Assembly: GCA_020633465.1 (NCBI GenBank) | Contig: JACKDN010000004.1 | Location: forward strand, 130,290-194,289 | DNA length: 64,000 nucleotides | Direction of reading: 5' to 3' | DNA from: Myxococcales bacterium | Lineage (GTDB): Bacteria > Myxococcota_A > Bradymonadia > UBA7976 > UBA1532 | In this document: piece by piece, positions 18,960 through 29,900 of the stretch | Layout: the number at the start of each line of letters is the position of its first letter | How positions within the stretch are numbered: the first letter of the stretch is position 1 | The notes under the pieces: generated by a model | Told to the model about the DNA's origin: nothing | The model's input: the letters and a program-made list of their open reading frames with translations, nothing else | The model's database searches: none | Position numbers and translations under genes: made by a program

Positions 18960-20402
18960 ATGAAGCGACGCATCTCACTCCTCACCGCCCTGGTCGGCGG
19001 GCTGGCCCTGCCCTTCGCCACCGGCCAGGCCAAGGAGCACAAGGAGCCGACCGACGGCGCCATCACCCGCGCGCTGAGCGCCGAGCTGTTCCTCGACGAA
19101 GGCGTCCGGTCGCAGAAGATCGACGTGAAGGTCGACCACGGCATCGCCACGCTCACCGGCACCGTCGACAACGTGCTGGCGAAGGATCGCGCCGTCGAGC
19201 GCGCCCGCAGCCTGCGCGGGGTGCGAAGCGTCGTCGACCGAATCGCCGTCGTGCCCGTGGCGCGCAGCGACGCCCGCATCCGCCAGGACATCGAGTCGGC
19301 CCTCGTCGCCGATCCCGCCGCGGACGCCTACGAGCTGCGCGTCACGGTGAACGCGGGCGAGGTGACGCTCGAAGGCACCGTCGAGTCGTACGGCGAGCGC
19401 AACCTCAGCGAGGTGGTGGCCAAAGGGGTCCGCGGCGTGCGCGCCGTCGACAACCGGGTGATCGTCAAGTCCCCCGACCACCGGCCCGACCACGAGATCC
19501 TGCACGACATCAACGGCCGGCTGACGCGCTCCATCGAGGTCGACGCGGATCTGGTCGAGGTCGACGTGAACGACGGCGTCGTGGCGCTCACGGGCATCGT
19601 CGGCAGCGCCGCCGAGAAGGCCCGCGTCGCCCGGATGGCCTGGACGGCCGGCGTGAAGAACGTCGAGACGAAGGGCCTCGAGGTGCGCAGCTTCGCCCGC
19701 GACGACGACAAGCGCCAGGCGGGGATGCCGGCGCCCACGGACGACGCGATCGTCGCCGCCATCCGCTCCGCCCTCGGTGAGGATCCCCGGGTGTCGACCT
19801 TCAGCCCGGTGATCGAGGTCGAGAACGGCGTGGTGACGCTGACCGGCATGGTCGGCAGCCTCGCCGCCAAGCTCGCCGCCGGCGACGACGCGCGCAACAC
19901 CGTCGGCGTCTGGCGCGTGCGCAACCTGCTGCGCGTGCGCCCCCTCGCCGCGGTCGCCGACCGGAGCATCCGCGAGTCCATCACCCAGGCCCTGCGCCGC
20001 GACCCCTACGTCGAGCGCTACGAGGTCGGCGTCACCGTCACCAACGGCCACGCCTACCTGCAGGGCCTCGTCGGCACCGACTTCGAGCGCGACCGCGCCG
20101 CGGACCTCGCCGAGAACGCCAAGGGCGTCGTCAGCGTGCAGAACCTGCTGCGCACCAGCGAAGATCCCACGTGGGTCGACGACCTGCAGGTGAAGCAGGA
20201 CATCGAAGACGAGCTGTTCTGGAGCCCCTTCGTCGACGAGGACCAGGTCGAGGTCAGCGTGGAGAACGGCGTCGCCACCCTGCGCGGCACCGTCGACACC
20301 CTGCGCGAACGCTACAACGCCGGCAGCAACGCGCTGGAAGGCGGCGCGCAGGCGGTCATCAACCGGCTGCAGGTCGAGGGGATGGAGCAGAAGGAGCTTT
20401 GA
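18960..20402 (+). CDS. multi-BON-domain periplasmic protein
   Basis: ATG 18960 follows AAGGAGG and is followed by a signal peptide. About six repeats of the BON pattern, e.g. IDVKVDHGIATLTGTVDNVLAKDRAVERARSLRGVRSVVDRI. Confidence 0.8.
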   Translation: MKRRISLLTALVGGLALPFATGQAKEHKEPTDGAITRALSAELFLDEGVRSQKIDVKVDHGIATLTGTVDNVLAKDRAVERARSLRGVRSVVDRIAVVPVARSDARIRQDIESALVADPAADAYELRVTVNAGEVTLEGTVESYGERNLSEVVAKGVRGVRAVDNRVIVKSPDHRPDHEILHDINGRLTRSIEVDADLVEVDVNDGVVALTGIVGSAAEKARVARMAWTAGVKNVETKGLEVRSFARDDDKRQAGMPAPTDDAIVAAIRSALGEDPRVSTFSPVIEVENGVVTLTGMVGSLAAKLAAGDDARNTVGVWRVRNLLRVRPLAAVADRSIRESITQALRRDPYVERYEVGVTVTNGHAYLQGLVGTDFERDRAADLAENAKGVVSVQNLLRTSEDPTWVDDLQVKQDIEDELFWSPFVDEDQVEVSVENGVATLRGTVDTLRERYNAGSNALEGGAQAVINRLQVEGMEQKEL

Positions 20403-20429
20403 AGCGCGTCCCCGCCTGACCGGGCCGTT

Positions 20430-20456
20430 CGCCGCGCGACCACCGGCCGCGCGGCG
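20430..20456 (+). terminator. 9-bp-stem hairpin downstream of the BON gene
   Basis: cgccgcgcg (20430-38) pairs with cgcgcggcg (20448-56). It is followed by a pyrimidine-rich tract but no clean T-run. Confidence 0.3.
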
Positions 20457-20492
20457 TATCCTCCTCTGTCGTTCTGATCGAGGAGACCCCGT

Positions 20493-21524
20493 TTGCTTCT
20501 CCCCCTGTCCATCGAAGCCGCCGAGCGCGGCGTGGTGCCCGATGTCGCGGTGCGCTGGGCCATCCGGCGGCTGCTGCGGGCGCGGCTGAAGGCCGAGCGG
20601 GCGGCGGGGGCGGAGGACCTGGACGCCTTCGTAGCGTGGATGGCCGACGGGCCGGTGGCCGAGGCGACGGGGGACGCGAACGCGCAGCACTACGCGGTGC
20701 CGCCGGCGTTCTTCGAGGCGGCGTTGGGGCCGTGGCTGAAGTACAGCTGCGGGTACTGGCCCACGGGCGTCGAGACGCTGGCGAAGGCCGAAGAGACCAT
20801 GCTGGGGATGACGGCGGCGCGGGCCGGGGTCGAGGACGGCATGCGGGTGCTCGACCTGGGCTGCGGGTGGGGTTCCTTCACGCTGTGGGTCGCGTCGCAG
20901 ATGCCGGGCGTGCAAGTGCACGCGGTGTCGAACTCGGCCCCGCAGCGCGCGTACATCGAGCGGGCCTGCGTCGCGCGCGGGTTGCGGAACGTGCGCGTGA
21001 CGACCTGCGACGTGAACGTCTTCGACCCGGGGGAGCGTTACGACCGCGTGGTGTCGGTGGAGATGTTCGAGCACGTACGCAACTGGCCGACGCTGTTCGA
21101 GCGGGTGGCCGGTTGGCTCGAGCCCGCGGGGCGGTTCTTTCAGCACGTCTTCTGTCATCGGTCGCTGGCGTATCGCTTCGAAGTCCGGGGTGACGCCCCG
21201 GACCCCTCCGATTGGATGGCGCGGCACTTCTTCACCGGCGGTCTGATGCCGGCCTTCGCGTTGCCGGAGAGCGTGCCGGGGCCGCTGACAGTGGAGCGTC
21301 AGTGGCGCGTGGACGGTACGCACTACGCGCAAACGTGCGAGGCGTGGCTGGCCAACGTCGACGGCGCGCGGGACGCGGTGCTCGACGTGTTGGGCCCCGA
21401 CCCGGAGCTCGCCCGGCGGCGCTACCATCGCTGGCGGCTGTTCTTCCTGGCCTGCGCCGAGCTGTTCGGCTTCCGCGGCGGCGAGGAGTGGTTCGTCGCG
21501 CACACGCTGCTGAGGCGGCGCTGA
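20493..21524 (+). CDS. cfa: cyclopropane-fatty-acyl-phospholipid synthase family SAM-dependent methyltransferase
   Basis: HYAVPPAFFEAALGPWLKYSCGYW, the SAM motif VLDLGCGWGSF, SVEMFEHV, and RWRLFFLACAELF are all typical of the CFA-synthase family. Start is TTG 20493 after GAGGAG. Confidence 0.8.
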   Translation: MLLPLSIEAAERGVVPDVAVRWAIRRLLRARLKAERAAGAEDLDAFVAWMADGPVAEATGDANAQHYAVPPAFFEAALGPWLKYSCGYWPTGVETLAKAEETMLGMTAARAGVEDGMRVLDLGCGWGSFTLWVASQMPGVQVHAVSNSAPQRAYIERACVARGLRNVRVTTCDVNVFDPGERYDRVVSVEMFEHVRNWPTLFERVAGWLEPAGRFFQHVFCHRSLAYRFEVRGDAPDPSDWMARHFFTGGLMPAFALPESVPGPLTVERQWRVDGTHYAQTCEAWLANVDGARDAVLDVLGPDPELARRRYHRWRLFFLACAELFGFRGGEEWFVAHTLLRRR

Positions 21525-22336
21525 TGGGTCCCTGGCGGGACGCCTGGAGCGTTCACCTGGAGGGGCTGGCGCTGGTCGCCGGCGTGCTCTCGCTCGTCTG
21601 GGTGGTGAGCGTCGTGAAGAAGGACGCGAGCATCATCGACCCCTGCTGGGGCCCCGGCTTCGTCCTCATCGGCTGGTATTGGCACCTGCGCTTCGGCGCC
21701 GAGTCGCTGCGCGCGGCGGCGCAGCTGGGCGCGGTGACGCTGTGGGGCGTTCGGCTGGGCGCCTACCTCACCTGGAGGGCGTGGGGCGAGGAGGAAGACC
21801 GGCGCTACCAGGCGATGCGCGCGCAGGCACCGCGAGCGTTCCCGTGGGTGAGCCTGGTCAGCGTGTTCTGGCTGCAGGCGGTCATCCTGGCGGTGGTCGC
21901 GGCGCCGCTGTTCGTGGTGCAGGGGGCGACCGGGGCGCCCGGTTGGACGCTGCTCGATGGTGTGGGTGTGGGCCTGTTCGCGGTGGGGCTGGCCTTCGAG
22001 AGCGTCGGCGACTGGCAGCTCGCGCGCTTCAAGGCCGATCCCGCGAACGCGGGCAAGGTGCTCGACCGCGGGCTGTGGCGCTACACCCGCCACCCGAACT
22101 ACTTCGGCGACGCGCTGGTGTGGTGGGGCCTGGGGCTGATGGCGGTGAGCGTCTCGGGCGGATGGCTGGCGCTCGTGGGGCCGGCGGTCATGACGCTGTT
22201 CTTGATGAAGGTGTCGGGCGTCGCGCTGCTGGAGCGTTCGCTGGCGAAGACGAAGCCCGCCTACCGCGACTACGTGCGGCGCACGCCGGCGTTCGTCCCC
22301 TGGTTTCCGAAGCGTTCAGACGAGACGCAGACGTAG
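21524..22336 (+). CDS. DUF1295 family membrane protein (steroid 5-alpha-reductase/ICMT-like fold)
   Basis: The ATG at 21524 overlaps the cfa stop (TGATG). IIDPCWGPGF...GLWRYTRHPNYFGDALVWWG is diagnostic of DUF1295. Multiple TM segments. Confidence 0.75.
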   Translation: MGPWRDAWSVHLEGLALVAGVLSLVWVVSVVKKDASIIDPCWGPGFVLIGWYWHLRFGAESLRAAAQLGAVTLWGVRLGAYLTWRAWGEEEDRRYQAMRAQAPRAFPWVSLVSVFWLQAVILAVVAAPLFVVQGATGAPGWTLLDGVGVGLFAVGLAFESVGDWQLARFKADPANAGKVLDRGLWRYTRHPNYFGDALVWWGLGLMAVSVSGGWLALVGPAVMTLFLMKVSGVALLERSLAKTKPAYRDYVRRTPAFVPWFPKRSDETQT

Positions 22337-22514
22337 ACCGTCGGTGCCCTGGCCAGCGAGGACGGCCAGAAGTTGGACGCCGTGGACGCTCGATACGCCG
22401 CCGGCGGGACGACGTCGACCCACAACCCTTTGATTTCGCTCGCTTCATGCGCCCGGCACGGTCCTCGCTCTACTGTCCCGCGTTGGCCCACCCCGACCCA
22501 CGGAGGCGACGACG

Positions 22515-23596
22515 GTGCCCTCGGTCCTGCACGACACACTGGTGGATCTGTTCCGCCACTGCCCCACGCTGGCGCTGATGCTGGCAGGCGACCGCATCCC
22601 CGGCGCGGCCGGTCGGGCGCGGATCGTCGAGGTCGGCGACTCCACGCTCTCGCGCCTGGCGCCGCCCACCTTCGAGGCCGACCTCGTGTTGGGAGCCTGT
22701 TGCGCATTCGGGGCACTTCGCGGTGCACGCCCCCGAACGCTCGTCTCAGCGTTGCGAAGGCAAGTCGATATCATCGGATATCGTCATGCCTTCGCGCCTT
22801 GATCCGAGCTTTCGGTGACGCACCCCGCTCGACCCCCTCTATGCGCAACAGGCTCCTGGTCATCGATCCGAGCCGCGACCGCTACGGCCGAGCCGTCGCG
22901 GAAGGGGTCGTGGTCGTCGAGGCTCAACTGAGCGAGAACCCCCTGAAACGATTCTCGTGGCCGGCGTACGTCGGCTCGGCGCGCTTCCTCTGGCGCTGTC
23001 CGGTGATCGTCCTGGTCATCGCCCCCGATCCGCGGGTGGCCGAGTGGGCGCGGCAGCCCATCGAGTTGGGCGCGGGGTCCGTGATCCGCCCCGTCGTCCT
23101 CGATCCCCACGATATCCCGCGGGTGATCGAACCCGAGACGGCGCGGGCCCGACCCGAGCTCGCTGTCCTCTCGGCGCTGATGCACAAGGACCACGGCGCC
23201 GACATCGAAGTCGTCTTCGCGGGCGCGGTCGCGGCCGACGCGGTGGCCGCGGTCGACTACGAGCGGGGCGCTGTCTACTATGACCTCGTCACCCGCGACC
23301 TGGACGCCGTCGCGCGCGCGGCGCTGGAGGCCATCATGCGGAAGGAAAAGCACACGTTCACCTCGCAGTTCGCCCGCGAGTACTACGGCAAGCTGCTGGC
23401 CGAGAACCTCGAGGAGGGCGAGCTCCTCGGTCGGCGCCACGCCCTCGTGTCGGTGCTCGACGCGCGTGGCCTGCGAGCCGACGAGGCGCAGGCGGCGCGC
23501 ATCGACGCCTGCACCGACATCGATCAGCTCGACGCCTGGCTGCGTCGCGCCGTATCGGCGTCGTCCCTCGACGACGTGCTGGGCGACGACGCGTAG
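22515..23596 (+). pseudogene. Rpn/YhgA-like PD-(D/E)XK nuclease family gene, interrupted by a 165-bp insertion
   Basis: The N-terminus (GTG 22515 after GGAGG: LHDTLVDLFRHCPTLALML...FEADLVL) is in one frame. The rest (VVIDPSRDRYGRAVAEGVVVVEAQLSENPLKRFSWPAY...PELAVLSALMH...) is in the frame of ORF 22373..23596. The two join in frame if 22693..22856 is removed. Confidence 0.55.
22692..22856. mobile_element. MITE-like insertion with perfect 16-bp terminal inverted repeats
   Basis: ggagcctgttgcgcat (22692-22707) is the reverse complement of atgcgcaacaggctcc (22841-22856). An internal 9+7-bp hairpin spans 22754-22795. The element is visibly less GC-rich than its flanks, and both flanks carry TG. 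Confidence 0.5.
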
Positions 23597-23612
23597 CGCC
23601 CAACCCTGCCCC

Positions 23613-25190
23613 TCAGGGACCGACCACCAGCCGCCGCTGCAGGTACGCGCGGTTCGGCGCGTTGAAGGCCGGCGTGCTGCTGGCCACGTCGGCCAGACTG
23701 AAGCTGGTGCCCGACTGCATCAGGTTGAAGCCCTCGGTGTCGATGTGGGCGCCGTCGACGTCGGCGCTGACCCAGGGGCCGTCGACGCCGGCCAGCAGGC
23801 CCTCGGGCGGAAGGCCTTCCCTGACCAGGCCAAGTGAGTGCCCGATCTCGTGCGCCAGCACCGAGGCCATGGCCAGGGCCAGGGTGTCCAAGGCGAAGCG
23901 GAAACGCAGGGCGCGGATCTCGGCCTGCCCCTCGAGCTGGGTGGGGTCGAAGTCGGCGTCGAGGAAGTCGGCGTCGCTGGGCAGGCTGCCGAAGGGCTGG
24001 CCGCCGGCCGCCGGCAGGTAGTCGCGCAGCAGGGTGACGGTGACGCGGTTGGCGAGCACGAAGCGCACGAACGAGGTGGTGAAGACCCCGCGGTCGGGCG
24101 CGGTGTTGTCGTCCACCGCCTGGTTGTTCCAGTCGATGGCGGCGCGACCGAAGAAGGTGCGGCCGCCCGGGGTCCACTCGGCGTCCTCTCCGCCGACGGC
24201 GATGACGCTGAAGCCCGCGGCGGCGGGATCCTCGGGGGCGTCGACGTCGCCCTCGAACACGAACCGGATGCGTACGCTGTCGTCGTCGCGCGTGCCGTCG
24301 GGGCGCAGCAGGTAGAAGGCGTGCAGCTGCTGCCGGACGGCCTCGCGGAGCTGGCGCAGCACCTCGGCGTCCCAGGCGTCGTCGCCTCCGAGCAGACCGA
24401 GCACCTCGACGGCCTCGTCGAAGTCCGGGCGGCCGTCGGGCTCGGCGACGCTGGTGACCGCGAAGCCGTCGCCCGCGGCGGCGACCTCGAGGCGGCCCCG
24501 GTCGCGCGAGAAGGTGACGAACCAGGGATCGACCTCGACGAAGGGATCGAGCTCGGGGGTCAGCTCGCGGCGCAGCACCGTGACCAGATCGGTCGTGGTG
24601 CCGGCGACGGCGGCCTGCAGGGTGAAGCGGCCAGGCGCGCCGGGCGGCGGGGTCACCACGCGGCCCTGCCAGCGGTGGCCGCTCTCGACGCGCTGCCAGC
24701 GGCCGCCGGCGGGCGCGACGTGCGCGGGCTCGATCACGTGGCGCGGCTGGTCGACGTCGACGGCGCGCCACAGCAGGTAGGGCGCCTCGGGCGGCGGCTC
24801 CCAGGCGCCGCCGTGGTCGGCGTACACCTCGATGGTCCAGCCGGCCTCGGGCAGGGCCCAGGCGAAGGTCGAGCGGGCGCCGTCCACGCGCCCCGGCTCG
24901 AGGCCGCGCATGTCCTCGGGGATGTCGTTGACGGTCACCCACAGGTGGCGCAGCACGTCGGGCGGCCCCAGGTCGGGCGGCGCGGCGTCGAAGCGGAAGC
25001 CGGGCTCGGCGTCGGTGGTCGCGTCGCCCGGGACGTCGCCGTCGCCGGTCGTCGAGGTGGCGTCGAGATCGTCGACCGCGCCGTCGCCCGGCGCGAGGGC
25101 CGCGTCGGCCGCCGGCGTCGCGCCGTCACCGCCGCCGTCGTCGCAGGCGACCGCCAGCGCGGCCAGGAGCAGGATGAACGAGGTACGCAC
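23613..25190 (-). CDS. secreted zinc metalloprotease-like lipoprotein (HExxH)
   Basis: GTG 25190. Signal/lipobox VRTSFILLLAALAVAC. Zincin motif VLAHEIGHSLGL near the C-terminus. Confidence 0.7.
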   Translation of the reverse strand: MRTSFILLLAALAVACDDGGGDGATPAADAALAPGDGAVDDLDATSTTGDGDVPGDATTDAEPGFRFDAAPPDLGPPDVLRHLWVTVNDIPEDMRGLEPGRVDGARSTFAWALPEAGWTIEVYADHGGAWEPPPEAPYLLWRAVDVDQPRHVIEPAHVAPAGGRWQRVESGHRWQGRVVTPPPGAPGRFTLQAAVAGTTTDLVTVLRRELTPELDPFVEVDPWFVTFSRDRGRLEVAAAGDGFAVTSVAEPDGRPDFDEAVEVLGLLGGDDAWDAEVLRQLREAVRQQLHAFYLLRPDGTRDDDSVRIRFVFEGDVDAPEDPAAAGFSVIAVGGEDAEWTPGGRTFFGRAAIDWNNQAVDDNTAPDRGVFTTSFVRFVLANRVTVTLLRDYLPAAGGQPFGSLPSDADFLDADFDPTQLEGQAEIRALRFRFALDTLALAMASVLAHEIGHSLGLVREGLPPEGLLAGVDGPWVSADVDGAHIDTEGFNLMQSGTSFSLADVASSTPAFNAPNRAYLQRRLVVGP

Positions 25191-25305
25191 GCGGCGAGGG
25201 TACGAGCGCCGCGCCGGCCGACGCAACGGGACGCGCGCGCCGGCCTTGGCGCGGCCCCCCCGACCGTGGTACGAGCGCACGCTCGCGCCCAGCCCAGGAG
25301 CCCCC

Positions 25306-26824
25306 ATGAGCGACGTGACCCCCGAGCCCGAAGACGCCCTGCTCGCGCTCGGCGCCTCCTTCGATGACCTGCACGCCATCGTCGAGGCCCGCGCCGTGCA
25401 CGCCGGCGACGTCCACGACGCCACCGTCACCGCGGTCGACGGCGACACCCTCCTCGCGGACATCGACGGGCAGGTCGCCCGCGCGCCCATCTCGGACTTC
25501 GCGATGGCGCCCGCCGTCGGCGACACCGTGCGGCTGTACGTCGAGCAGGTGCTGGCCGACGGGCTGCAGTGCTCGCACCACAAGGCGCTTCGCCTCGACC
25601 TGTTCGAGCGGCTCGAGAACCTGGCCGCCGAGGGTCAGACCCTCGAGGGCACCGTCACCGCCGAGATGAGCGGCGGCTGGGCCGTCGACGTGGGCATGAA
25701 GGCGTTCCTGCCGCGCCGGCAGCTCGACGCGCCGCAGGGCGACCTCGAGACCATGCTGGGCAGCACCTTGACCGTGCGGGTGCTGCGCTGGGACGACCGC
25801 AAGAACTGGTTCGTCCTGTCGACGCGCGCCGCGCAGCCGGCGGTCGAGCAGGAGCCCGTCGCCCTCGACGAGATCGAGGAAGGCGAGGTGCGCAGCGGCC
25901 AGGTGGTGCGCATGGCCGACTTCGGCGCCTTCGTCGACCTGGGCGGCGTGACCGGCCTGCTGCACATCAACGACCTGACCTGGGGCCGCCCCAACCACCC
26001 GAGCGAGGTGGTCGAGGTGGGCGACACCGTCAAGGTGAAGGTGCTGAAGGTCGACGAGAAGAAGAAGCGCGTCGGCCTGGGCATGAAGCAGCTTCAGCCG
26101 CACCCGTGGACCAGCGCGACGAACGCCTACCCCGTCGGCAGCAAGGTCAGCGGCAAGGTCATCTCGCTGGTGAACTACGGCGCCTTCGTCGAGGTGGCGC
26201 CGGGCATCGAGGGGCTGGTGCACGTGTCCGAGCTGGCCTGGGACCGCCGCATCCAGCACCCCAAGGAGGTGCTGACCGTCGGTGAGACCGTCGACGCCGT
26301 CGTCGTGCTGTGCGATCCCGAGCACCAGAAGCTGAAGCTGAGCGTCAAGCGCACGCTGCCCAGCCCGTGGTCGAAGCTGCGCGAGGCGCTGCCGCCCGGC
26401 ACCCGCATCGAGGGGCCCATCCGCAGCATCACCGACTTCGGCCTGTTCGTGTCGATCGCCGAGGGCATCGACGGCCTGGTGCACCGCAGCGACGTCGGGT
26501 GGGAGCGCGACGACAGCCCGCTGACCGATCGCTTCCGCCGCGGCCAGAAGGTGCAGGTGATGGTGCTCGACATCGACGACGAGCGCGAGCGGGCCAGCCT
26601 GGGCATGAAGCAGCTCCTGCCGCGGCCGTCGCCGGACGCCGAGCCCGCGGCCGCGAAGGCTGAAGAGGACGAGCAGGCCGCGGCCGCGCCGACCGAGGCG
26701 CCCGAGGCGGCCCAGCGCGCCGCGCAGGCCGCGCCGGCCGATCCGGCCCCCGCCGCCGCGAACCCCGCCCCAGGCCCCCGCGGCCGACGCGCCGCCCGCG
26801 ACGGATCCCACCCCCGAGGGCTGA
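25306..26824 (+). CDS. S1 RNA-binding-domain repeat protein (RpsA-like); C-terminus needs a 1-nt frame correction
   Basis: ATG 25306. Several S1 repeats, e.g. GQVVRMADFGAFVDLGGVTGLLHINDL and GKVISLVNYGAFVEVAPGIEGLVHVSEL. As sequenced the ORF runs on to 28287 with an R-rich artefact-like tail. A shift at C5 run 26775-79 gives ...PAADAPPATDPTPEG-stop at 26822-24. Confidence 0.7.
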
Positions 26825-26971
26825 CGCTCCCCCGCGGCTCGGAGATCCGTCGCGCCCTCTCGGACTTCCGAGGCGTCGGCCGAACGCTCCCCCGCCCCTT
26901 CGCGCTTTCGCGCGTGGCACGCACGGTGCAATTCGCCCCTCTCACTCGACACTCGACCGGGAGAGGGACGG

Positions 26972-29900
26972 ATGTACGCGCCGCGACGATGGCTCTTTGC
27001 GTTCTCGACACTGTTGGCCGTGGGGGCGCTCGCGCTCGCCGGCTGCGACGGGGAGACCAGCGACGGCCCCGCGGGCCAGCCCAGCGAGCCGCCGCCGAGC
27101 GAGCCGCCGATCGTCCAGCCGCCGCCGCCGAGCGGCGCCGCGCCGGGGCTCGATCCCTCCATCTTCCCCACCGCGGGCGCCCGCGACTTCCTGACCGCCA
27201 ACGAGAACGAGGAGCTGTCCGACGGCACCCGCCGCGTCAACGCGGCCAACGGTCGTGGCGCCCTCGACGAGGACGCCGACTTCGCGGCCGACGGCGCGGG
27301 CGAGGCCGATCCCGGCGCGCCGCCCGCGCAGCCCGAGCAGGAGGCCGTGCCCGACCTGACCCGCGAGATCGTCGAGGCCGACATCTACCGCCTCGAGGGC
27401 GACCTGCTGTACGTGCTGAACCGCTACCGCGGCCTGGTGATCATCGACGTTTCGGATCCCGATCGCATGCGCCTGCGCGGCCGCCTGCCCTTCCAGGCCG
27501 TGCCCATCGAGATGTACGTGCGCGAGGGCCGCGCCTACATCGTCAGCAGCGACTACTTCGTCTACTGGCAGTACGATCCCGAGGCCGACCCCCACGGCTT
27601 CCACGGCAGCCAGGTGATGGTGGTGGACGTCGACGACGCCGACGCCCCCGAGAAGCTGGGCACCTTCGCCGTCGACGGCGAGGTGACCGACACGCGCATG
27701 GTGGGCGATGTCCTCTACACGGTCAGCAAGCGGCGCCCGGACTATTGGCGCTACAACACCGCGGACTGGGAGGATCGCACCTGGATCCTGTCGATGGACG
27801 TCGCGAACCCGGCCGACATCCGCGAGGTGGCGCGGCTGGAGTTCAAGGGCAGCAGCACGCTGATCCACGTCGCGCACCACGCCATCTTCGTCGCCGCGTG
27901 GGATCCCAACTTCGTGTTGGTCGATCCGGAGCACGAGCAGGAGACGCTGGTGACCTACGTGGACATCAGCGATCCCACCGGCGCGCTGCGCCAGCGCGGC
28001 ACCGTGTACGTGCCCGGCCACATCCCCGATCGCTTCAAGATGGACTGGCACGACGGCTACTTCCGCGTGTTCAGCCAGCGTTGGTACGGCGACGACGCGC
28101 TGTCCCTGTTCGTCGTGTCGACCCAGCACCCGGACGACCTGGCCATCGACGCCACGCTCGAGCTGCGCGACGTGCGCCCGAGCGGCCTGCAGGCCACGCG
28201 CTTCGCCGGCGAGCGCGCGTTCGCGGTGCGCTCGGAGTGGGTCAGCAACACGCGCCGTCGGTGGCTGCACGCGGTCGACCTCAGTGATCCGCTGCGCCCC
28301 CGCATGGCCGGCGATCTCGAGCTGGGGCTCGACTTCAACCACCTGGAGGTGCACGGCGACCGCCTGCTGGGCATCGGCCGCCACAGCGCCCGCAACCAGG
28401 GATCGGGCACCGCCGTCGCACTGTACGACGTGAGCGACCTCGACGCGCCGGCCCTGCTGAACTGGCAGCGGCTGGGCGAGGGCTACAGCAGCAGCGAGGC
28501 GAACTACGACGACAAGGCCTTCAAGTCGTTCCCCGACCTGGGGTTGCTGCTGATCCCGCTGAACTTCTGGACCAACAACACGCGCTTCCAGGGCGTGCAG
28601 CTGGTCGAGTGGGCCGACGACCGCCTGACCGAGCGCGGGCGCGTCGAGAACGCGGGTGGCGTCCGCCGAGCGTTCCCGGTCGGCGACCGGCTCGTCGCCG
28701 TCGGTGAGACGACGCTCGCGGCCATCGACGCCACCGACCGCGACCGCCCGCGCGTGACCGAGAAGCTGCAGCTCGTGCGCACGGTGCACGACCTGTTCGA
28801 CGTGCAGGGCAAGCAGGTGCAGCTCTTGAGCGATCCCTACACCAGCGGCGTGCGCCTCGAGGTGCGCCCCTTCTCACGCGACGACGACACGCCCGCCGAA
28901 GCGACGCTCGAGCTGCCCTTCGGCTACGTGCCCTACGTCCTGCGCGACGGCGATCGCCTGCACCTGATCGGGCACGTGCCCGATCGCGGCCAGATCGTCG
29001 CAACGGCCGACCTGAGCGATCCGGCGGCGCCTCGCCTGCGCGGCGACCTGCGCCTCGACGACGCCCTGCAGTTCGTCCACAACCAGCAGGGCTATTACAC
29101 CCACTACTGGAACCCCTACGCCGGTCTGCCCCTGCGCAACCAGATCCTGCCGGTCACCTTCCGCCGCATCGTCGAGGCGCCCGACGGCCGCCGCGACTGG
29201 CACAGCGAGCTGCGCTTCCTCGACCTGCGCGACCCCGACGCGCCGCGCGTGGCCGACGGCGCCGTGCCGATGAACGACTACCCCTTCGTCAACAAGGTCA
29301 CGCACGGCGACGTGCTGTACAGCACCCACGTCGAGCAGGCGAAGAGCGAGGCCGGGGACAGCCTGCTGTATCACGTGCGCGCCTACGTCGATCGCATCGA
29401 CGTGAGCGATCCCGACCACCCCGTCGAGCTGCCCAGCCTGAACGTGCCCGGCTACCTGGTCGACGTGAGCGACGACGGCCAGCTGCTGTACACCATCGAC
29501 TTCCAGTGGGATGACTACGGGCGCCGCCGCAACAGCCTGAACGTTCTGCGGGTGGTCGGTGAAGACGCGGCCGAGCTGATGACCGTGCTGCCGGTGGCCG
29601 ACCAGATCCACCGCGCCGCGCTGCGGCCGGGCAGCCTGAGCGGCGACGACGCCGGGCGTCCCATCGGCTGGCACAATCGCACCCTGTGGCTGACGGCCCA
29701 CAAGTATCCCTGGTGGGGCGTGCAGAGCGACACGGTGGCCAGCCGCCAGCCCTACACCGTCATGCGTCGCCTCGACTTCGGCGAGGCGGGCGACGTGGTG
29801 GCCGAGCAGACCGCGACGCTGGCCGGTTACCACTTCGACCTGCTGGACGTCGAGGGCACCCGCCTGTACCTGGGCAGCCGTTTCCCGACCGGCCTGCTCG

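Noticed and set aside
25199-25278. 11-nt direct repeat ggtacgagcgc (25199-25209 and 25268-25278) in the divergent spacer between the metalloprotease and S1-domain genes.
   Set aside because: It is short and seen only once as a pair, with no recognisable operator or promoter consensus. I could not support a function from the sequence alone.
24832-28287. The S1-domain ORF as a 1151-aa protein extending to 28287.
   Set aside because: The first 158 aa and everything after about 26780 are R/G/P-rich artefact-like sequence. The 3' part overlaps the well-supported beta-propeller lipoprotein gene in another frame. A proper stop is reached at 26822-24 after a 1-nt correction.
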